DNA of 64,000 nucleotides from Alphaproteobacteria bacterium (GTDB lineage Bacteria; Pseudomonadota; Alphaproteobacteria; MPNO01; UBA830), in assembly GCA_965243135.1 (NCBI GenBank), contig OZ251539.1, positions 2,752,001 to 2,816,000 on the forward strand, given 5' to 3'. Shown piece after piece: positions 58,401 through 64,000 of the stretch; the stretch's first letter is position 1, and each line of letters opens with the position of its first letter. Below the pieces are notes generated by a model. It made no database searches. It worked only from the letters and a program-made list of their open reading frames with translations, and was not told the origin of the DNA. The translations under genes and the position numbers were made by a program.

Positions 58401-59137
58401 TCCTGGACGCTGAACGCAACTACCGACCGGGGGACATGCCGCAGGAATTCCTGTTGCCGCCATGACGCAACTCCCTGCCGCTGGCACCCGAACGTGGCCT
58501 GCGGATGCCGCGGTCGGACACGTCGACGAGTCGACCGGACGACGAGACCACCGGTTATCGAAACAGGCTCTTCAGAGCGGTGGCGCTTTGCTTGCGACCG
58601 ATGATCTTGTACCGGGAGAGATGCGGAGGGTGCACGAACTTCCCGCGCCATGCCTTCACGTTTCCCCAACATACGGGAATCTTGTCGACAGAACGAACAT
58701 CGAGGATCCCGGAAATGGTGTCCCTCGCCTTGTTCCCCATCGTGATGACCAATTCCGGCCGGGCGCGATCAAGGATATCCGTTGCTCCGCTCGTTCAGAA
58801 GTTCGCTCCGCAGGTCGTTGAAGCGCCGTTCCATTTCGACGCCGCTTGCCCCGTTTGGTTGGTGTCGCTTGACGTCGCCATCGATTATTTTTGCGTCGAT
58901 GTGCCGACGGGCGGTTCGGTTCCGGGAGCGACGGCCGGGACGACCGGTTCGGGCGTAGTCGGCGGCGGCGGTTCGGCGGCGAGGAGCGGGGAACCCACGG
59001 CCATGACTATCGAGAAGGCCAGACCGGCGGCGACGGCCGCGTGCAGGCGTCAGGGAGGGGATTTCGTCATGCGTTTCCTCACGGCCATGTCCGTCGATTA
59101 CGAATCCCAAGCTTGGAGATCGCCATCCTCGTCGCCC

Positions 59138-60253
59138 TCAAATAGTATCCACGATGTACGGGTCGCGCAAGCGCCATTGATTGCCGAATCGTTCGAGATC
59201 GCCCGTCATGACGATCATGGCATCGTTTTTGTGAGCCTGGATGGCGCGGTCGTAGCCGTGTCGGTCCAAATCGACCGCGACCGACACGACGCGCCGGTCG
59301 ACATAGGTTCGCAGGGTTATCGTTCCGCCCGCTTCCCGGTCGTCGCGTTTCAGGCGTTGGATACAGCCGATCAGGGACACGGCCGGCCTTGGCTCCCATG
59401 CCCGGAAATGCCGCGCCGCCTCGCGCAGGATGGGGGCGTCGGACGCCCCGAAACGGACGGTTTGCCTCGCCGTTTCCGCCGGCCAGGTGCGCGCCCACGT
59501 CAAACCGATGTCGATCCCGCGGAACGGCTCGATCAACGTGGCGAGGGCATCGCACAAATTGGCGCTCGCTCCGCGCTCCACGGTTTCCGAGAAAGCCTCG
59601 GCGTCGCCGGCGGACGTCCTTTCGGTCGCTTCGCGGGTGGCCGTCAACGCTTCGATCAGGCGTTGCGTCATCCGCCGCTCGATGGGCGCATCGTCGTCCA
59701 CCGCGGAGTCGAACAACGCCGCCTGTCCCATCGGGGGCGGAACGACGGGGGTCAGCAGCGTGACGACGTAGCTGCCCTGTTCGGTCTGTCCGAGATGGAC
59801 CTGTCGCACGTAATCACCGGCGTCCCGGTTCGCCCCCGCGCGATAGACCCGTCTCGGTTCCCGCAAGGAGCAGGCCGCGGCCAGCACCATGTCGCGCGCG
59901 CCGGTTATCAGGCTCACTCCGTCGTTCAGGGTAACGGAGCCGTTGGCACCCTCCGGGGCGGCCCGCACCCGGACGACGTCGCGGTCGGCGGTGACCAAAT
60001 CGCGATAGAGGGAAAGCGCGTCGGTTTCGGCGGCTTCGGTGAAAATCTCGATCAACCGCGACACGACGTTGGCGTAATCGCCGAGGCGGTCAGTTCTGGG
60101 AATGACGATCTCCGGCGCTTCCTCGCGAACGTAGACGTCCGAATGGTCGCCATAGGGTTCCTCTCGGGTCCAGCCGGCGGCGCGCGCGTAGGCCGACAGC
60201 GCCGAGGGCGAAACCCGGTTCAGGGCGTCTTCGTCCTGGATGCTGACTTTCAT
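59138..60253 (-). CDS. Conserved hypothetical protein, partner of the DUF4365 gene
   Basis: Clean 371-aa frame MKVSIQD.. with GQTEQGSYVVT and GASANLCDAL. Confidence 0.75.
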   Translation of the reverse strand: MKVSIQDEDALNRVSPSALSAYARAAGWTREEPYGDHSDVYVREEAPEIVIPRTDRLGDYANVVSRLIEIFTEAAETDALSLYRDLVTADRDVVRVRAAPEGANGSVTLNDGVSLITGARDMVLAAACSLREPRRVYRAGANRDAGDYVRQVHLGQTEQGSYVVTLLTPVVPPPMGQAALFDSAVDDDAPIERRMTQRLIEALTATREATERTSAGDAEAFSETVERGASANLCDALATLIEPFRGIDIGLTWARTWPAETARQTVRFGASDAPILREAARHFRAWEPRPAVSLIGCIQRLKRDDREAGGTITLRTYVDRRVVSVAVDLDRHGYDRAIQAHKNDAMIVMTGDLERFGNQWRLRDPYIVDTI

Positions 60254-60727
60254 CCTCCCTTCCCTCGATTGTTCCATCAAGCAGCGCAGACCCTCGACAC
60301 AGATTTTCTTCCGGTATCCGGACGGTGACGGATACCTCGTTCGCAGTCTCTTTATGCCCCTGAAGACTCAACCAGTACGCCCTGTGCCTCAACACCAGTT
60401 CATCCTCGGTGACGGTCATCCACCGGTCTTCTTCGTTGGGCAAATCCAGAACCACCAGCAGCCTCGGCGTCTGGGTTACGAAGCAGGTCGTAGTTGCGGC
60501 GTTTTAACGGATATCGAACATGGCCGCTCCGTCTCTCCAGGTTGACGGTCGCCTTCAACTGCACGTCCAGGGCGGGTCTCATCGCGCCGCCGGCTTGGAT
60601 TTGCAGGTCCACGCCGTCCCGGCGAGCGCGTGGACGTCGTGTATCCGGCTCTCGCCGCGATGGCGCGAACGTAGACGCAGGACAGAGCTTCCTCCCGGTC
60701 CGCGGTCGTCAGCAGCGCGTCGGTCAT
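60250..60727 (-). pseudogene. DUF4365 (REase-like) protein, frameshifted
   Basis: EEALS..YVRAIAARAGY, GVDLQI, LDVQLKAT, NYDLLR and AYWLSL.G. Confidence 0.75.
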
Positions 60728-61320
60728 GCGGCGCTCTCCAGTCGTTCGGCTGTTTCGCCGAGCCGGAGTTCTCCCGAAACGAGCTTGGGGAGAAGCGCGT
60801 CTCGCAGAGCGGAGAGGGTATGGGCTTCGGCAACCGCTTGACTGGCTCGCGCGATGAGCGGTCGAAGCAGCCGTCCGAATACCGCGCCGACCGTATCCGG
60901 TGGCGACACGAACTGCGCGAGCGCTTTCTCTGGCACTCTCTGACAACCACTTGTACCTGTCATGTTCCATGTCGCGAACTCTCGAAAACGGCCGCTGCGC
61001 ACGAGGCAATATGCGAACTCGCATGGCAGTGGGGGGTTCGAGCGCGGGACGTCGGTCGAACCCCAGCCAATCTGTCCTTGCTCAAGGAAATCGACGCAGG
61101 CGGTCTTGCCGTTTTCCAGGCACGGCGTGATTCGCGCGACAAGCGTATCGCTGTTGGCGAAGCGCATTCCCGAACCGAACGGCCGATCGATCACCCTGTC
61201 CGGCGCATGGCCCTTCGTCGGCATGTTGGCCATATCGAGAGCGGCAGCGCCTTTATGCAGGGACCGCAGTGGATTGACCTCTATCAAGTCAGGCAATAGG
61301 ACAACTTCCCACCCTCCGGT
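60724..61320 (-). pseudogene. hsdS: Type I HsdS 3' fragment
   Basis: DTLVARITPCLENGK, GTSG.QRV and LSALRDALLPKLVSGELR; 5' half missing. Confidence 0.85.
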
Positions 61321-61570
61321 ATCTCGCCCAACTCGGAGTCGACGAGCCTGTTGGGGAAAAGGTCCGCGATGCGGTCTGGCAAGCCAGCGTGGCGGCCTTC
61401 CGCCTTGGCGCGGACAGGGTCGAAATCGACGAACCAAGACTAGATACCCCTACTCAGTCCGAAGTGCAACACAGACGGTCGGCAGGGCGATTCCACGCTA
61501 GCCCTGCCTGTGCCCCATAAGCTTCTGCTGAACTCTGCTAACAGTATTTATCCCCCACTATCAACTCCGA

Positions 61571-61664
61571 TGGGATGGACGCCCTCCCCGGCGGCATCGC
61601 GTTGTACCATAGTGCTGTCGAACCACAACATATGGAGAGAAGACATCCATGGAACAGGTTAGCA
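61571..61664 (+). mobile_element. IS1111 left-end fragment, copy 2
   Basis: Near-identical to 15300..15395 up to MEQVS; then cut by the IS4 element. Confidence 0.85.
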
Positions 61665-63869
61665 CTGCCCTGCAATCATAAGCTCTGGACAGAGACATTC
61701 GCGTATTCACCAGATGCCACGCAGAATCTTGTCAAGCAACGCCTGAGCACGCCTGAGGCATTGCAGCGGGTCGGTATTGTCTGCCGAACCGCAACTTTCG
61801 CGAGCCGAACTCAGCCGCAAGGTATGCCGCGAGTTCGGTTTTTGCCTTCGGACGTCCACAGCAGTTGCAACGCGGCTCTCGGCGTTCTCGCGACGGATGG
61901 TGCTCTGCCGACATCGAGAGGAGGCGGAGGCCGCCGGGTGCGCCGCAACCCGGAACCGGTGCCGCTCGCGACGGACGTTCCCGAGCGGCTCGTCGAGGGG
62001 TTGCAGTTGGTTCCGGTGCGGAACCCTGCACAGAGCGCGGTCTGGATGATGATCACGGAACATCCGCTCGGCAAGTCGGTGCTGGTCAGTTGTCAGTGCC
62101 GTTATCTCGTGGGTTCGGCCCATGGCTGGCTCGGCGCGGTGGATTTTGCCGCCTCTGCGCGGCGCCTGGCGGCGCGCGACAACCGGCTGGGACGACAAGA
62201 CGCGGGAGCGGCGCCTTCACCGCATCGTCGGGCTGAACCGCTTTCTGGCCCGGCGTCGAGTGCCGCAGTCACAGGTGTTGAGCATGTCGCTAAAGACGAT
62301 GGCGCAGGACTTCGAGGAACGTTACGGCCATCGCCCCTGGTTGGTGGAGACCTTTGTCGACCCGGCACTCGGGCATCTCGCTCCGTGCGGCGAACTGGAT
62401 TCATGTAGGCACAACTCGCGGACGCGGCCGGCAGGACCGGAAAGGGCTGGCAGCCGAGTCCGTGAAAGAGATGTACGAGCCCGGGTTGCCGGGCGGCGCT
62501 AAGCGCCCGGCTGGCCCTTCCGGTGCCGGTCGGCGAGGGGTTGTCGCGCGAGTGTTGGGCCGAGAACGAGTTCGGAGGTGCGCCGTTGGGAGACAAGCGT
62601 CTGGCGAAGCGCCTGGTCGACAGCGCCCATGTCCAGGCGGAGGAGCCGCGCGCTCCCTTCTCGGTGGCGGCGGGCGGGAACATGGCGGCAGTGACGGGGT
62701 TTTACCGTTTGTCGGCCGCGCGACGAGCCGGGGGCGGTCACGCCGGAAAACATCCTGACGCCGCACAAGGAACGCACGCTCGGGGCGGACACGGGGTTCT
62801 GTGCCTTCAGGACGGCACCGACCTGAACTTCGCGACGCGTGCGCAGTGCGACGACCTGGGCATAGCACAACCAGACCAGCGCCAAGACCGCCGGGCTTCC
62901 ACACGACGATGGCGGTGGACGACGCCGGCTTGCCGCTGGGTCTGCTGAAGCTCGAGTTCGACGCGCCTCGTCCGGGCAAGGACAAGCTGCCGGAAGAACG
63001 CAAGTCGGCGCGGTGGATGACTGCGGCGCCGAGGCGGCTCGACGGCACGCAACTGGTCAGCGTGCCGGGAAGCGGACTTCTTCGAAATGTTCGCCGAGCA
63101 GCGGCGCCTCGGCAATCATTCTGGTGCGCGCCAGGCACAGCCGGAAGTTGTCGAAAACGGAGAAGCTGTTCGACGGCGTCCGCGCCGCGACGGTTCAGGG
63201 GCATCGGAAACTTACGGTCTCGCGCCTGAGCCAACGGCCCAAGGTCAGCAAACGCAAGGCGACGGACGGGCGCAAGGAACGCGTCGCCGACATGGAGATT
63301 CGTTCCGTCCTGCTGCCGCCAACGTCGGGCGGAACCGCGCCGCTTCCCGTTCAGGTCGTTCAGCGAGCCGAAGCCGCGGCGCCAAACCGGTGGTTCCTGC
63401 TTACCACGGTCGCCGTTTCGTCCGTCGAAGACGCCATGCGGGTCGTGGGTTGGTACGCCCTGAGGTGGCTGGCATCGCACGCTGAAGTCCGGGTGCAAGG
63501 TCAAAGAAACGGGCCACCGCACCGCAGCGCGTCTCGAGCGCGTGATCAACGCAGTCTGGCGCGTCATGGCGCTGCTGGCGCGCGAGATGCCGGACGTCCC
63601 CGCCGGGCTCATGTTCTCGGACATGGAACTGCTCGTCAGACTACGCGACGAAACTGCCGAGAACGCCGAAGCCGAGGACGCTTAAAGAAGCGGTGCTGAT
63701 CGTCGCCGCCGGCTACCGCAACCGCAAGCACGACCCGCCGCCCGGCCAAAATCTGGCAGGGTTATCTCTCCGGCTATTGTCAGGCATACGAGGATCTGGC
63801 GGAAATCAAGAAATCGGGACGGTCGCACCCCCTGCTCAGTTCAGAAGGGGATTTGTGATGACAGGGCAG
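61665..63869 (+). mobile_element. IS4-family (IS50-like) element with DUF4338-like N-terminal region, frameshifted
   Basis: TIR CTGCCCTG..ATCA at both ends; LLETFVD-like motif, EFGGAPLGDKRL.KRL, LQDGTDLNF, WY.LRW and RKHDPPPG. Confidence 0.82.
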
Positions 63870-64000
63870 GCCTCGCCCGACCGGATGAGTGGCCGGGATA
63901 CCCTTGTTTGCGAGAACCACCGAGTTCAAGCGTTTAGCCGGGCAAAGATCCGCCGTGCTCCCGCCGCCCCGGTACCTTGACTCACGCTGGCCCGCCCCGA

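Noticed and set aside
58555-59070. Possible UDG-like tail and Pro-rich secreted protein fragment
   Set aside because: The pieces are short and frameshifted, and the similarity is too weak to support a call.
61730-62480. DUF4338-like segment as a Druantia defence gene
   Set aside because: It lies inside IS4 terminal repeats ahead of transposase motifs, and no other Druantia genes are present.

Overview
High-GC bacterial accessory region heavily reworked by insertion sequences. Surface-polysaccharide genes sit at both sides (epimerase, rfbD and truncated rfbA at 0.5-2.8 kb; GT2, cytidylyltransferase and dehydrogenases at 54.7-57.7 kb). Between them lie about 50 kb of defence-type genes and mobile DNA. 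These include six copies or fragments of an AAA-ATPase/PD-(D/E)XK gene, a broken type III CBASS remnant (HORMA, TRIP13/Cap6, 2TM), a 1447-aa STAND NTPase with a C-terminal nuclease, and an IS-split type II RM system. There is also an RHH-GNAT-XRE-IrrE cluster, plus IS1380, IS1111, IS4, IS30 and ISAs1 elements and IS66-ended MITE-like elements. The strongest novel-system candidate is an intact type I RM operon (HTH-HsdM, half-size HsdS, OLD-like ATPase, DUF3800, HsdR, M48) containing a candidate structured ncRNA with its own promoter, convergent on the DUF3800 gene. An IS1111 that appears to target IS30-type ends is also notable. All calls are from motif recognition by eye; no searches were run, and pseudogene boundaries are approximate.
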